Source: Candidatus Hydrogenedentota bacterium | Lineage (GTDB): Bacteria > Hydrogenedentota > Hydrogenedentia > Hydrogenedentales > SLHB01 | Reading direction: 5' to 3' | NCBI GenBank assembly: GCA_052033955.1 | Contig: JBPOJD010000030.1 | Location: 33,679-97,678 of the forward strand | DNA: 64,000 nt | Part shown: positions 17,293 to 26,879 of the stretch, piece by piece | Layout: every line of letters begins with the position of its first letter | How positions within the stretch are numbered: position 1 is the first letter of the stretch | Translations under genes and position numbers: made by a program | The notes under the pieces: generated by a model | What the model saw: the letters and a program-made list of their open reading frames with translations, nothing else | What the model was told of the DNA's origin: nothing | Databases searched by the model: none

Positions 17293-18753
17293 ATGCTCGT
17301 GCTCGCAACCAGATCCGCGGTTTCCGTTATCGTGTTCGCCATTGTCCTGGGAGGATCCGGCTGTCACAGCACACCCTCCGCGCGGATCGTCGCGCCGGCT
17401 ACGCCTTTCGCGATACCCGAACCGCCCGAGACGACAGACGTTGCGTCGTCCGGCACGGCCGCCGTGCCGTCACAGGTCTCGTTGGCGCAAATCGTTGGCG
17501 CCCGCACGGCCCGGTCATCCAGCTGGCAGCGCAACGGCGGAAACCGGGACTTCGTCAACGTGGCCCCGGGCGCAACCGAGGTGCTGCTCGACACCGAGGG
17601 GCCGGGCATGGTGACGCACATCTACTTCACGCTGGTGGAACCGGACGTGCTGGATTTCCGCGACACGATACTCCGGATGTACTGGGATGGCGAGTCCACG
17701 CCGAGCGTCGAGGTGCCGCTGGGGGACTTCTTCTGCGTCAGCAACTGCAGGATACGCCACTTCAGCTCCGCGCTGGTGTCGGTCAATCCCGGCGGAGACG
17801 ACAAGATCGGCAACAGCGGCTACTCGTGCTACTTCCCGATGCCATTTGGCACCCATGCCCGCATCGAACTCGAAAACCAGAGTGACCGTTACCTCGGCGG
17901 CGGGTACGCGGGGCTCTGGTATCACGTCGAGTACGAGCGGTACGAGCAGCCGTTGCCGCCCGATCTGGGCCGTTTTCACGCGCAATACCGCCAGGAAACG
18001 CCCACGACGGCCGACGGGGACCCCTTTGCCCAGGAGCCGGCATTCAACCAGACCGGTGACGGGAACTTCGTCATGCTGGAGGCCGAGGGCAAGGGGCACG
18101 TGGTGGGTACGTTCCTGCAGATAGACAACCTTGCCCCGGGGTGGTACGGCGAAGGAGATGACATGATCTTCATCGATGATGATACCTGGCCGCCGTCACT
18201 CCATGGCACCGGGACCGAAGAAGTCTTTGCCGGCGGCCCGACGCCGGATGTGGAGTTCGCCGGACTGTACACGGGGTTTCTCATGGTTGAAAATGCGCAC
18301 CGCAAGGATTTCATGGGAACCAATGCCCTGTATCGGTGGTACGTGCCGGACCCCATTCGGTTTCAGAAGCGCGTCAAGATGACGATCGAACACGGCCACG
18401 CAAATCAGGCCGCGAACAACTACGCCAGTGTCACCTACTGGTACCAGCAGGAACCGCACGCGCCCTTTCCTGCACTTCCGGGCGTCGCGGAGCGTCGGCC
18501 CAATCTCCCGCAGTCCTTCTGGGAGGCGCACGACAGCGCGCAGCGCCTGTACCGGGAGTTTGTGCCGATTCGGCTCGACATGCTGTATGGCGACAAGGAA
18601 TTCGCGCGACACGAGTACCGGGCTGCCGACTACGCGGGCCGCTTTCTCAACGACGGCTGCGGCCTGATGCACATCCAGGACTACGACGGCGCCCGGCGCA
18701 TGTTCGACCGCGCCTGGGAGATCTGGACATCGAGGGAGCAATGGGCGCGGTAG
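17293..18753 (+). CDS. DUF2961/GH172-like lipoprotein, putative glycoside hydrolase.
   Basis: The lipoprotein signal is 'MLVLATRSAVSVIVFAIVLGGSGC'. The motifs 'ILRMYWDGESTPSVEVPLGDFF' and 'WYGEGDDMIFIDDDTWPPSLHGTGTEEVF' are, from memory, typical of DUF2961. The track start at 17236 is a GTG lying in the 5' UTR. Confidence 0.6.
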   Translation: MLVLATRSAVSVIVFAIVLGGSGCHSTPSARIVAPATPFAIPEPPETTDVASSGTAAVPSQVSLAQIVGARTARSSSWQRNGGNRDFVNVAPGATEVLLDTEGPGMVTHIYFTLVEPDVLDFRDTILRMYWDGESTPSVEVPLGDFFCVSNCRIRHFSSALVSVNPGGDDKIGNSGYSCYFPMPFGTHARIELENQSDRYLGGGYAGLWYHVEYERYEQPLPPDLGRFHAQYRQETPTTADGDPFAQEPAFNQTGDGNFVMLEAEGKGHVVGTFLQIDNLAPGWYGEGDDMIFIDDDTWPPSLHGTGTEEVFAGGPTPDVEFAGLYTGFLMVENAHRKDFMGTNALYRWYVPDPIRFQKRVKMTIEHGHANQAANNYASVTYWYQQEPHAPFPALPGVAERRPNLPQSFWEAHDSAQRLYREFVPIRLDMLYGDKEFARHEYRAADYAGRFLNDGCGLMHIQDYDGARRMFDRAWEIWTSREQWAR

Positions 18754-18778
18754 CGAGGGCACGCGCCGCCGGATCCCA

Positions 18779-18807
18779 TTGCAGCGCAACAGGGCGGGTG
18801 CTATAAT
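18779..18807 (+). promoter_or_regulatory. Sigma70-type promoter TTGCAG-N17-TATAAT upstream of yebC-ruvCAB.
   Basis: There is a perfect -10 and a good -35 about 50 bp upstream of the yebC ATG. Confidence 0.5.
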
Positions 18808-18855
18808 TCCGCTGTTATCGAAGCTCGAAACGTCTATACCGGGAGATTTTAGCGT

Positions 18856-19608
18856 ATGTCGGGTCATTCCAAGTGGAGTACCATCAAACGGAAGAAGGGC
18901 GCTGCGGACGCCAAGCGCGGGAAGATCTTCTCGCGGTTGGCGAAGGAAATCGCCATGGCGGCGAAGGCGGGCGGCGGCGATCCGGAGATGAACCCGAAGC
19001 TGCGCACGGTGCTGCTTGCCGCCAAGGGCCAGAACATGCCGAAGGAGAACGTCGATCGCGCGATCAAGCGCGGTACGGGCGAGCTTCCGGGGGTCAGTTA
19101 CGAGGAGAACCGGTATGAGGGCTACGGATCCGCCGGGGTGGCGCTGATCATCGACGTCCTCACCGACAATAAGAACCGCACGGTGGCGGAGATTCGCCAC
19201 CTTCTGGGCAAGCACAACGGCAGCCTGGCCGAGTCGGGCGCGGTGACGTGGAACTTCGAGCCCCGCGGCCGCATCGTCATCGACAAGGGCGTTGCGGGCG
19301 AGGAGGCGATGTTCGAGAAGGCCATCGAGGCGGGCGCGGAAGACGTGGACGCCGAGGGCGACGTGTATGTGGTCTATACGGCCCCGCAGGATGTGCATGC
19401 CGTGGCGGAGGCGTTTGCGGGCATGGGCATCGAGGCCCAGGAAATCGAGCTGATCATGCATCCGAAGACGACCATCAAGGTCGAGGGCAAGGAGGCGATC
19501 TCGCTGCTCAAGCTGATGGACGCGCTCGAGGAACACGACGACGTGCAGAACGTCTTCGCCAATTTCGACATCTCGGAAGAGGACATGGCGGCATTCGCGG
19601 CGGAGTAA
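18856..19608 (+). CDS. yebC: YebC/PmpR family DNA-binding transcriptional regulator.
   Basis: The N-terminus reads 'MSGHSKWSTIKRKKGAADAKRGKIFSRL'. The protein is 250 aa and sits in the conserved position upstream of ruvC. Confidence 0.92.
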   Translation: MSGHSKWSTIKRKKGAADAKRGKIFSRLAKEIAMAAKAGGGDPEMNPKLRTVLLAAKGQNMPKENVDRAIKRGTGELPGVSYEENRYEGYGSAGVALIIDVLTDNKNRTVAEIRHLLGKHNGSLAESGAVTWNFEPRGRIVIDKGVAGEEAMFEKAIEAGAEDVDAEGDVYVVYTAPQDVHAVAEAFAGMGIEAQEIELIMHPKTTIKVEGKEAISLLKLMDALEEHDDVQNVFANFDISEEDMAAFAAE

Positions 19609-19635
19609 ACCACCCCTGCGGGGCAGGATGGGCGG

Positions 19636-20124
19636 GTGCGGATACTTGGTTTTGATCCCGGCACGGCTACCACGGGCTACGGCGTCGTGGAAGGGCGGGG
19701 GAACCGGCTCACCTACATCGCCCACGGGGTCATCGCCACGCCACCGCACACCCACTTCGCGTTGCGCCTGAAGAGCATCCACGAACAGGCCAGCGAACTG
19801 CTGGCGGCCCACCGGCCCGACGCCGTTGCCATCGAGAAGTTGTTCTTCTCGCAGAACGTCACCACGGGCATTGCCGTGGCCCAGGCGCGCGGGGTCATCG
19901 CGGTCGCGGTGGCCATGGCGGGCATTCCCATCGCCGAGTTCAGCCCGCTGGAGGTGAAGAGCGCCGTGGTGGGCTACGGGAAGGCCACGAAACGCCAGGT
20001 GCAGGAAATGGTGAAGATCCTGCTCAATCTGGACGACATCCCCCGGCCCGACGATGCCGCGGACGCCCTCGGGCTGGCGATCTGCCAGTATCACACCGGG
20101 GCCGCCACGCTCTCCCAGCTCTAA
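19636..20124 (+). CDS. ruvC: Holliday junction resolvase RuvC.
   Basis: The N-terminus 'MRILGFDPGTATTGYGVV' is the RuvC catalytic fold. The protein is 162 aa. Confidence 0.93.
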   Translation: MRILGFDPGTATTGYGVVEGRGNRLTYIAHGVIATPPHTHFALRLKSIHEQASELLAAHRPDAVAIEKLFFSQNVTTGIAVAQARGVIAVAVAMAGIPIAEFSPLEVKSAVVGYGKATKRQVQEMVKILLNLDDIPRPDDAADALGLAICQYHTGAATLSQL

Positions 20125-20133
20125 GGAGGTCCG

Positions 20134-20736
20134 ATGTTTGCTTTCCTTCGGGGAACGGTCGCCGAAAAAGGCCCCAACCGCATCGTCCTCGATGTGGGCG
20201 GGGTCGGCTACGACCTGCGCGTATCCGACTCGACGCTGCGCCGCGTGCACACCGGCGAAGCGGCCCAGCTCGTCACCTTCTGTTATATCCGCGAAGACGC
20301 CTTCCAGATTTTCGGCTTCCTCAGCGAAGAAGAGAAGCTGCTGTTCACGGCGCTGCTGGGCATCAATCACGTGGGCCCCAAGGTGGCGCTCGCCATCCTC
20401 TCCGTGCTGAGTCCCGCGGCACTGGGCCAGGCCGTCATTCACAACGACGTGAACGCCTTTACCAAGGCGCCCGGTGTCGGCAAGAAGATGGCGCAGCGCG
20501 TCGTGCTCGAGATGAAGACCAAGCTCGGGCAGGACGCGGAACTCGAGGCGATTCTCGGGGAAGGCCCGGCCCAGGCAGACGGCGAAACCGACGATGTGGT
20601 CGAGGCGCTGTGTTCGCTCGGTTGCACCCAGGCCGAAGCCGTCAAGGCGGCTGCCGCGGCCCGCAAACAGGCCGGAGCCGACGCGCCGGACGAAGAGGTC
20701 GTGCGCGCGGCGTTGCGCTCGATGGCGAGGATCTAG
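20134..20736 (+). CDS. ruvA: Holliday junction branch migration protein RuvA.
   Basis: The protein reads 'MFAFLRGTV...[10 protein letters not shown]' and has HhH motifs ('[14 protein letters not shown]', '[15 protein letters not shown]'). Confidence 0.93.
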   Translation: MFAFLRGTVAEKGPNRIVLDVGGVGYDLRVSDSTLRRVHTGEAAQLVTFCYIREDAFQIFGFLSEEEKLLFTALLGINHVGPKVALAILSVLSPAALGQAVIHNDVNAFTKAPGVGKKMAQRVVLEMKTKLGQDAELEAILGEGPAQADGETDDVVEALCSLGCTQAEAVKAAAAARKQAGADAPDEEVVRAALRSMARI

Positions 20737-20740
20737 GCCC

Positions 20741-21763
20741 ATGGCACGCGAGGAAGTGATCAGTCCGGCGCCGGTCGACGACGACGGGACCTTTGACGAC
20801 CAGATCCGCCCGCAACGGCTCGAGGATTTCCCTGGGCAGGAGGCGCTGAAGGAAAAACTGCGGATCGCGATCGCGGCGGCGCGGCAGCGCCAGGAGCCGC
20901 TCGACCACCTGCTCATGTGCGGGCCGCCGGGGCTCGGCAAGACGACCCTCGCCCGCATCCTTGCCAACGAGATGGGCGTGGCGATGAAGGCCACCTCCGG
21001 CCCGGTGATCGAACGCCAAGCCGATCTGTCGGCGATCCTCACCAGCCTCGAGGCCTTCGACGTGCTGTTTATCGACGAGATTCACCGCCTCAATCGCGCC
21101 GTCGAGGAGACACTGTACTCCGCGATGGAGGATTTCGAGGTGGACATCATGCTCGGCAAAGGCCCCACGGCGCGGTCGATGAAGATCGGGCTCAAGCCCT
21201 TTACCCTGATCGGCGCGACCACGCGCGCTGGCCTGCTGACCCCGCCCCTGCGCGCCCGCTTCGGCGACATCTGCCGCTTCGACTTCTATTCGCCCGAGGA
21301 GTTGCAGTGCATCGTACTGCGCTCGGCCCGCATCCTCGACGTGCCCATCGAAGACGACGGCGGCCTCGAGATCGCCGCGCGGTCCCGCGGGACGGCCCGC
21401 ATCGCCAACCGGCTGCTGCGGCGCGTGCGCGACTTCGCCCAGGTCAAGGGGAACGGCGTGGTCACGCAGGACATGGCGGCAAAAGGGCTCAAACTCCTGC
21501 AGATCGATGAACTCGGCCTCGACGAGATGGACCGCGTCATCCTGCGCACGCTGATCGACAAATTCAACGGCGGTCCCGTCGGGCTGTCCTCGCTCGCCGT
21601 TGCCATCGGCGAAGAGCCGCAGACCCTCGAAGAGGTTCACGAGCCGTACCTGATCCAGATCGGCTTCATGAAACGCACCCCGCAAGGCCGCGTCGTCACC
21701 CCGAACGGCTACCGCCACTTCGGCGTACACCCCCCGCAGAGCGGCCAGCCGGGCTTGTTCTGA
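20741..21763 (+). CDS. ruvB: Holliday junction ATP-dependent DNA helicase RuvB.
   Basis: The Walker A is '[11 protein letters not shown]', with sensor and winged-helix C-terminal regions. I moved the start to the ATG at 20741, directly after the ruvA stop. Confidence 0.95.
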   Translation: MAREEVISPAPVDDDGTFDDQIRPQRLEDFPGQEALKEKLRIAIAAARQRQEPLDHLLMCGPPGLGKTTLARILANEMGVAMKATSGPVIERQADLSAILTSLEAFDVLFIDEIHRLNRAVEETLYSAMEDFEVDIMLGKGPTARSMKIGLKPFTLIGATTRAGLLTPPLRARFGDICRFDFYSPEELQCIVLRSARILDVPIEDDGGLEIAARSRGTARIANRLLRRVRDFAQVKGNGVVTQDMAAKGLKLLQIDELGLDEMDRVILRTLIDKFNGGPVGLSSLAVAIGEEPQTLEEVHEPYLIQIGFMKRTPQGRVVTPNGYRHFGVHPPQSGQPGLF

Positions 21764-21840
21764 GGCTGGACGGAGTTTGACAGGTTCTGGCGCAGGGGCT
21801 AGAATTCAGCGGACGCAATGGGGACGGGGATGCCCGCGGT

Positions 21841-24009
21841 GTGCGCCGGAAGGAACGCAGGATGAAACAGTACAGTTTCGGGACGTTCTTGGTGGACGAT
21901 GCCAATCGGGCCGCCTTTGAAGCGTGCCGCAACGTGGCGGACCTGCAGGATGTCGACCCGATGCCCGTCGTCCTGGTCGCGGACAAGGGCTGCGGCAAGA
22001 CCCACCTTCTCTATTCCATCGTCAACCGCGTGCGCGCGACGTCCGCCGACACCGGGCTGGCCTACATCACCGCCGACAACTTTCATCCGCGTGTGCGCGC
22101 CCTCGTGTCGGACCCGGCGCCGCTCCAACAGGCGGCGACCGCCATCCTCATGGTCGATCAGCTCGATGCCTTCGCGGACTGTCTTGACGAACTGGAAGCG
22201 GTGGTCCGCGTCTTCCTGCACTATGGCCACCCGGTAATTGTTGCGTCGCGGACGCAACCGGAACGGCTGGAGCACCTGCCGGCGGGGCTTCGCGATGTGA
22301 TGCGCGGCGGCCAGACCATCGAGATCGCGTATCCGGACGCGGCGGCGCGCGCGGAAATCATTCACCGGCAGGTCTGTGAGGAACTTGAGGCGCGCATCCG
22401 GCAACAGGAAGAAGAACTGGCCGTGTTGCGCGCGGCCGCGCCCGGGCCGCCGGAAGGCGATGCGGAGCTGGCAGCGCTTCGCGCTGAACTCGATGACTCG
22501 AAGGCGCACAGCGAGGCAGTGCAGCACGAACTCGAGCATCTGCGGGCGGAACTGGCGTTGCAGACCGCCTCGGACAAGGAGGCCCGCTATCTGCGGGGCC
22601 GGTTGGAGGCCGCCGAGCATGAGGTCGAGCGGCTGCGTGCGGATCTGGCGCACCACGCCGAGCCGCCCGCGGACACCGACGAACGCGACGCGGAACTCGC
22701 CGCGCTGCGTGCGCAACTGAGCATGGCGCAGAATGCCGCGGAGGCGGCCAAGTCCGAACTGGAAGCGCTCCGCCATGAGGCGGACGACGCGCGCGCGGAA
22801 GCCGAGGAATTGTGGGCCGAACTCGAACGGATGCAGACCGTCGCGCCGGACCCGGAGGTCGAGGCGGCCCGTCAACAGGCCACAGAGGAATTGGCTGCCT
22901 TGCGCGTGGAGGCCGCGGCGCTTCGTGTGCGGCTGGCCGAGGCCGAAGCCGCCGCGGCGGCGCCGGATCCGCAGGTGGACATCCTGCGTACCCAGCTCGA
23001 ACAGGCCCGGCGCGAGGAAGCGCAGGCCTCGCGGGAGGCGGGCGAGATGCTGCGCCGGGTAACGGCGCTGTTGACGGATGTCGAAGCCAACGGTGTCGAG
23101 CTGGCGGACCTGCCGGAGGACTTGCGCGCCGGGTTTGAGCAGGTGGAAGCGCTCATCCGGCAAGGCGTGCGCGGCCGCAACCACGAGGAACTTGAAGCGG
23201 CCCGGGCCATGGCCAATGACGCGCTGGGGCGGCTCGAGGCGCTGCGGCGTCAGTTTGACGACGAGCGGCGCACGTTGAAGCAGTCCTACAACGAAGCTTT
23301 GGCCAACCTGGAGTCGCGTCTGCTCGACGCGGGCGATGCGCGCAAGGCGCTCGAGATCGAGCGCGATGAGGCCCGTCGGGACGCAGCCACGGTGCGTACT
23401 GCGCACGAGGCCCTGCAGGCCGAAACAGAGCGGCTGTCGCAGCAGCTCAAGGCGAGCCGCGACAAGATCGAGGCAACCCAGCGCGAGGCCGAGACCATGG
23501 CGGCGGCAGCCGAGGAAGAGAGCCGGGCAGCCGAACACCGCGTGGCCTCGCTGCAGGCCGATCTGGATTTCACGCGCGACAGTGGCCGCAATGTTGGGGC
23601 CGAGCTTGCCGCGCTGCAACGACGGTTGACCGAAGCGGCGTCGGTTGCGGCCGATCTCGGCCGGCGGCTGACCATCAGCATGCAGGGCCCGGTGGAGGTA
23701 CCGCGACCCGCGGTGGCGCCGCTGTCTGCGGAGACCAAGGACGCGGAGGCGGCCTTCTTTGGCGATGCCGCGAAGGAAGACGATTTCCCGCCATTTCCCG
23801 CAGGCTTTGCCGTAGCCGGGGACGACGGCTTCGGCGATGACGACGAAGACTGCATCGACCTCGAGCGTTTTGGCGTCACCCCCAACGAACAGGACCGTCT
23901 GTCGCAGCCCTTCACGCCACTGAATCCGCGGGACCTCGAAGTGCCGGTCTCCGGCAAGCCGCGCAAGACCGGGCGCCACCCTTTCCGGGGTGAGAGCGAA
24001 GCCATCTGA
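21841..24009 (+). CDS. DnaA/Hda-like AAA+ ATPase domain fused to a ~450-aa Ala/Glu/Arg/Leu-rich coiled-coil region and an acidic C-terminal tail.
   Basis: The N-terminal ~190 aa follow the DnaA domain III pattern ('FxxFxV...N..A', 'VLVADKGCGKTHLLYSI', 'ILMVDQLDAF', 'VIVASRTQPERL...L.SR'). No DnaA domain IV is present. The rest is heptad-like low complexity. The true start may be the MKQYSF at 21862. Confidence 0.65.
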   Translation: MRRKERRMKQYSFGTFLVDDANRAAFEACRNVADLQDVDPMPVVLVADKGCGKTHLLYSIVNRVRATSADTGLAYITADNFHPRVRALVSDPAPLQQAATAILMVDQLDAFADCLDELEAVVRVFLHYGHPVIVASRTQPERLEHLPAGLRDVMRGGQTIEIAYPDAAARAEIIHRQVCEELEARIRQQEEELAVLRAAAPGPPEGDAELAALRAELDDSKAHSEAVQHELEHLRAELALQTASDKEARYLRGRLEAAEHEVERLRADLAHHAEPPADTDERDAELAALRAQLSMAQNAAEAAKSELEALRHEADDARAEAEELWAELERMQTVAPDPEVEAARQQATEELAALRVEAAALRVRLAEAEAAAAAPDPQVDILRTQLEQARREEAQASREAGEMLRRVTALLTDVEANGVELADLPEDLRAGFEQVEALIRQGVRGRNHEELEAARAMANDALGRLEALRRQFDDERRTLKQSYNEALANLESRLLDAGDARKALEIERDEARRDAATVRTAHEALQAETERLSQQLKASRDKIEATQREAETMAAAAEEESRAAEHRVASLQADLDFTRDSGRNVGAELAALQRRLTEAASVAADLGRRLTISMQGPVEVPRPAVAPLSAETKDAEAAFFGDAAKEDDFPPFPAGFAVAGDDGFGDDDEDCIDLERFGVTPNEQDRLSQPFTPLNPRDLEVPVSGKPRKTGRHPFRGESEAI

Positions 24010-24583
24010 GGTGGCCGCGTTCGAAGACAGCGTCCTGGACCTGTTCGAGACCATCCACCCGCTTGACCGCATCCCGCGCGCGGGGTATGTCCTCCGCGGA
24101 GTGACCGATCCCGAAAGCGTGGCAGCGCACAGCCATTTCGTGGCGTTGCTGGCGCTGCTCGTGCTCGACGCACACCCTGGTCTGGCTGACCGCGACACGG
24201 TGCTCGGCATGGCCCTGTTGCACGACCTCCCGGAGGCCCTGCTGATGGATATCCCGATGCCCGTCGCCGATGCCCACCTCAAGGCGGCCAAGGTCGAGGC
24301 GGAGCTGTCCATTGGCAACCAAATGCTCGCGGCCTTTCCCGAGAAATACCGGCGATGGCTCGCCGAGCTGGCCGAAGCCGTGACGGTCGAGGCCCGGCTC
24401 GTGCGCGGGCTCGACAAGTTGCAGATGATGATCAAGATCGTCATGTACCAGCGTGAGCATCGCGGACGGCTCGATGAATTCTGGAGCAATCCGCGCAATT
24501 TCGACGATTTCGGCATCGAGCCCGTGTCGCGCCTCTTCGATGCCGTCTGCCAGCGCGCAGGCAAGACCCGCCCCGCAGCATGA
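23990..24583 (+). CDS. HD-domain phosphohydrolase, YfbR-like 5'-deoxynucleotidase family.
   Basis: The HD motifs are 'ESVAAHSHFVALLAL' and 'ALLHDLPEALLMDIPMP'. It overlaps the preceding gene's stop, or starts at the in-frame GTG around 24011, which suggests translational coupling. Confidence 0.75.
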   Translation: MRAKPSEVAAFEDSVLDLFETIHPLDRIPRAGYVLRGVTDPESVAAHSHFVALLALLVLDAHPGLADRDTVLGMALLHDLPEALLMDIPMPVADAHLKAAKVEAELSIGNQMLAAFPEKYRRWLAELAEAVTVEARLVRGLDKLQMMIKIVMYQREHRGRLDEFWSNPRNFDDFGIEPVSRLFDAVCQRAGKTRPAA

Positions 24584-24599
24584 GTTGGGAAACGCCAAG

Positions 24600-24623
24600 C
24601 GCCGCCGGATGACTCCGGCGGCG
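24600..24623. terminator. Perfect 10-bp-stem hairpin (CGCCGCCGGA-tgac-TCCGGCGGCG) between convergent genes; a candidate bidirectional terminator.
   Basis: The hairpin lies between the HD-hydrolase stop (24583, +) and the gspF stop (24648, -). Confidence 0.45.
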
Positions 24624-24647
24624 CCTGCTGGGGATCTTGTCTTTGGC

Positions 24648-25853
24648 CTATGCGCCTGCTGATGCGGCGATCTGTTCGATCATGCCCACCATCGGCACAA
24701 ACAGGGCCAGCGCGAGCAGCACGACGATGATGCCGATGAACAGCGTCAGGATCGGCTGCAGGGCATCGCCGAGGGTGTCCACCTGGATGGCGACTTCCTT
24801 CTCGTAGGTGGTGCCGATCTCGTCGGCGATCTCGTCCATCGAGCCGGCTTCTTCACCGGTCAGGAGCATGTCGGCCGCCACGGGCGGGACACTCTCCTGA
24901 TGGTGCCGCAGGGGCTCTTCGAGTCCTTCGCCGCGTTCGACCGAGTCGCGCATGTCCTGGATGGCGCGCACCATGGCCTGGTTGTGGACGGCGTTGCGCA
25001 CGAGGTCCAGCGAGGCCATCATGCTGAGGCCGCTGCGGAGCAGCAGGGCCAGCGTGCGGGTGAACTCGACCATCGCGTTCTTGCGGATGATATCGCCCAC
25101 CACGGGGATGCGGAGCTTGATCCGGTCCGCGTTCAGGCGGCGCAAGGGACTGCGCACGTACCAGAGCTTGTACAGGGCGATAAGCCCGATGATGAGCAGG
25201 GCGAAGAACCACCACCAGTGGCCGAGAAAGTTCGCGACGGCGATGAATCCGCGCGAGAAGGCCGGCAGTGGCACGTTGAGCTGCTTGAACAGTTCCTCGA
25301 ACTGCGGGATGACCCATTTCGTGATGAGCAGCACGACGGCGAACGAGGCCACCACGAGGATCACCGGGTAGAGCATCGCGCCCTGCACGCGCTTGCGGAG
25401 CAGTTCACGCTCCTCGCGGTATTCCACCAGGCGGCGGAGCACGGTGGTGAGGGTACCGCTCGCCTCGCTGGCCTTGATCAAGTTGACGAAGACCGGCGGG
25501 AAGTGGCGCGGGTGACGGTCGAAGGCCTGCCAGAGCGGGTTGCCCGACTCGACATAGTTCGAGACGTCCGTCGCCAGCGCGCGGATGCCGGCGTTGTGAC
25601 CGCGAAGCGCCAGGGTGTGCAGGGCCTTGAGCAGCGGCGTGCCCGCTTCGAGCAGCATGATCAGTTGCCGCAGGAAGACCGTGATGTCGTGGTGGCGCAC
25701 CGATCCGCGCCGGAGGAGGTCCCCCCATCGCGACGGCTGGGGCTGCTCGACCCGCGATTCCTCGACCCGCGCAACGGAGACCGCGCTCTTGCTGCGGGCG
25801 CTGCGGCGCACGCGCTTGGGGCCCTCGGCCGGTTTATCGGCATTCGTGGCCAT
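24648..25853 (-). CDS. Type II secretion / type IV pilus platform protein (GspF/PilC family).
   Basis: It has two T2SSF-type repeats and three TM segments, including 'LLEAGTPLLKAL' and 'MLLTGEEAGSMDEI'. Confidence 0.85.
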   Translation of the reverse strand: MATNADKPAEGPKRVRRSARSKSAVSVARVEESRVEQPQPSRWGDLLRRGSVRHHDITVFLRQLIMLLEAGTPLLKALHTLALRGHNAGIRALATDVSNYVESGNPLWQAFDRHPRHFPPVFVNLIKASEASGTLTTVLRRLVEYREERELLRKRVQGAMLYPVILVVASFAVVLLITKWVIPQFEELFKQLNVPLPAFSRGFIAVANFLGHWWWFFALLIIGLIALYKLWYVRSPLRRLNADRIKLRIPVVGDIIRKNAMVEFTRTLALLLRSGLSMMASLDLVRNAVHNQAMVRAIQDMRDSVERGEGLEEPLRHHQESVPPVAADMLLTGEEAGSMDEIADEIGTTYEKEVAIQVDTLGDALQPILTLFIGIIVVLLALALFVPMVGMIEQIAASAGA

Positions 25854-25945
25854 AGTGTCCTTCCTCCCTGACGAGTTGGCTGTATCGTCCCATTATCTGG
25901 CGTACCCGGTTCACGGCGCGCGCCGTTGGCCCACGCACGTCTGCT

Positions 25946-26869
25946 TCACTTGTCCTCTTCCGACCAGTACCGGATGTGCGGCGCGCCCGTGTCCGGGAAC
26001 AGCACTACCGCTTCGACCACCGCCGAGGCGGCCGCGTGCTGGTTATCCGCGGGGCCGTCCTCAACGAGTTGTGCCTCGCCCCGGAACCGGTAACAGCGCG
26101 ACGTGGTGGCCAAGGCCTCCGGCGGCAGGTTGAACTGCGTTACGTCGATGCCCGCGGCGACGGCCAATTCATCCACCGACGCGAAAGGCCGGGCCTCAAC
26201 GACCCGTTCGGCCCCGCCGGGCGGCATGGCCAGAAGGGCCGCCATGACCTCAGCGGGCGCGCTGTTGATGTTGAGGTAAGCCAGAGGCTGGTCCTGATCC
26301 TCGGCGGTGTGGACGGTGAGGAGGTCGAGCGGGGCGCGCGCAAACTGTTCGGGTGTCATGAGGCCGCGCGCAACGAGTTCGTCGAGTTCGACGAACCAGC
26401 GCCCACCGAAATCATTCTCGACACCGGGACGCGGCACGCTCTGCGTGATGGCGCGTGCCACGCCGCGGTCGACCCCCAGCAGCGCCTCGAGCAGCGGTCG
26501 CGTCGCATGGTTGAGGTTCACCTTCTGCGACTCATCCGTGATGGCAACGCGTGCCGTAATGCGGCGCGTGTCGTCCGCTACCAGGCCCTCGGGGGTCTGC
26601 ACGTAGACCGGCCAAGTGATTTCGGCGTTGTTGGGCGGCGTCTGGCCCGCTTGGAGGCGCGCGGCCACCTCGGCGATCGCCGCGGTGATCGCGCCCGCCG
26701 CGCCCTCGCCCGTACGTATCTCGCGGAGGACGAGGTCCGTGCGTGCGCTCTCGGTCGTCATGTAGCCAAGGTAGGCGGCGCCCAACAGCGAGAACACCAA
26801 GAGCAGGCCCAACGCCGTGAGCAGCGCTACCCCTGACTGGCGTGCCGAGATCTTCTGGTCGTGATGCAT
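25946..26869 (-). CDS. GspK-like minor pseudopilin.
   Basis: The N-terminal hydrophobic segment is 'QSGVALLTALGLLLVFSLLGAAYLG'. Size and placement after the other pseudopilins fit GspK. I moved the start to an internal Met at aa 26 of the track ORF, whose own start is a TTG. Confidence 0.55.
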   Translation of the reverse strand: MHHDQKISARQSGVALLTALGLLLVFSLLGAAYLGYMTTESARTDLVLREIRTGEGAAGAITAAIAEVAARLQAGQTPPNNAEITWPVYVQTPEGLVADDTRRITARVAITDESQKVNLNHATRPLLEALLGVDRGVARAITQSVPRPGVENDFGGRWFVELDELVARGLMTPEQFARAPLDLLTVHTAEDQDQPLAYLNINSAPAEVMAALLAMPPGGAERVVEARPFASVDELAVAAGIDVTQFNLPPEALATTSRCYRFRGEAQLVEDGPADNQHAAASAVVEAVVLFPDTGAPHIRYWSEEDK

Positions 26870-26879
26870 GCTTACCCCG

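Noticed and set aside
16837-17885. These are the track ORFs 16837..17103 (+) and 16995..17885 (+), which lie in or run out of the non-coding stretch.
   Set aside because: The frames are GTG/TTG-initiated and run through a palindrome-rich, AT-richer spacer. The second runs out of frame into the lipoprotein gene, and no domains are present. I also looked for a tRNA or tmRNA here and found no T-loop or acceptor pattern.
18196-21042. This is a 948-aa minus-strand ORF.
   Set aside because: It lies antisense to yebC-ruvC-ruvA-ruvB, which are all confidently identified.
21799-24564. This is a 921-aa minus-strand ORF.
   Set aside because: It lies antisense to the DnaA-like/coiled-coil gene and the HD hydrolase gene. 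The plus-strand products have recognisable domains, and the antisense product is low complexity.
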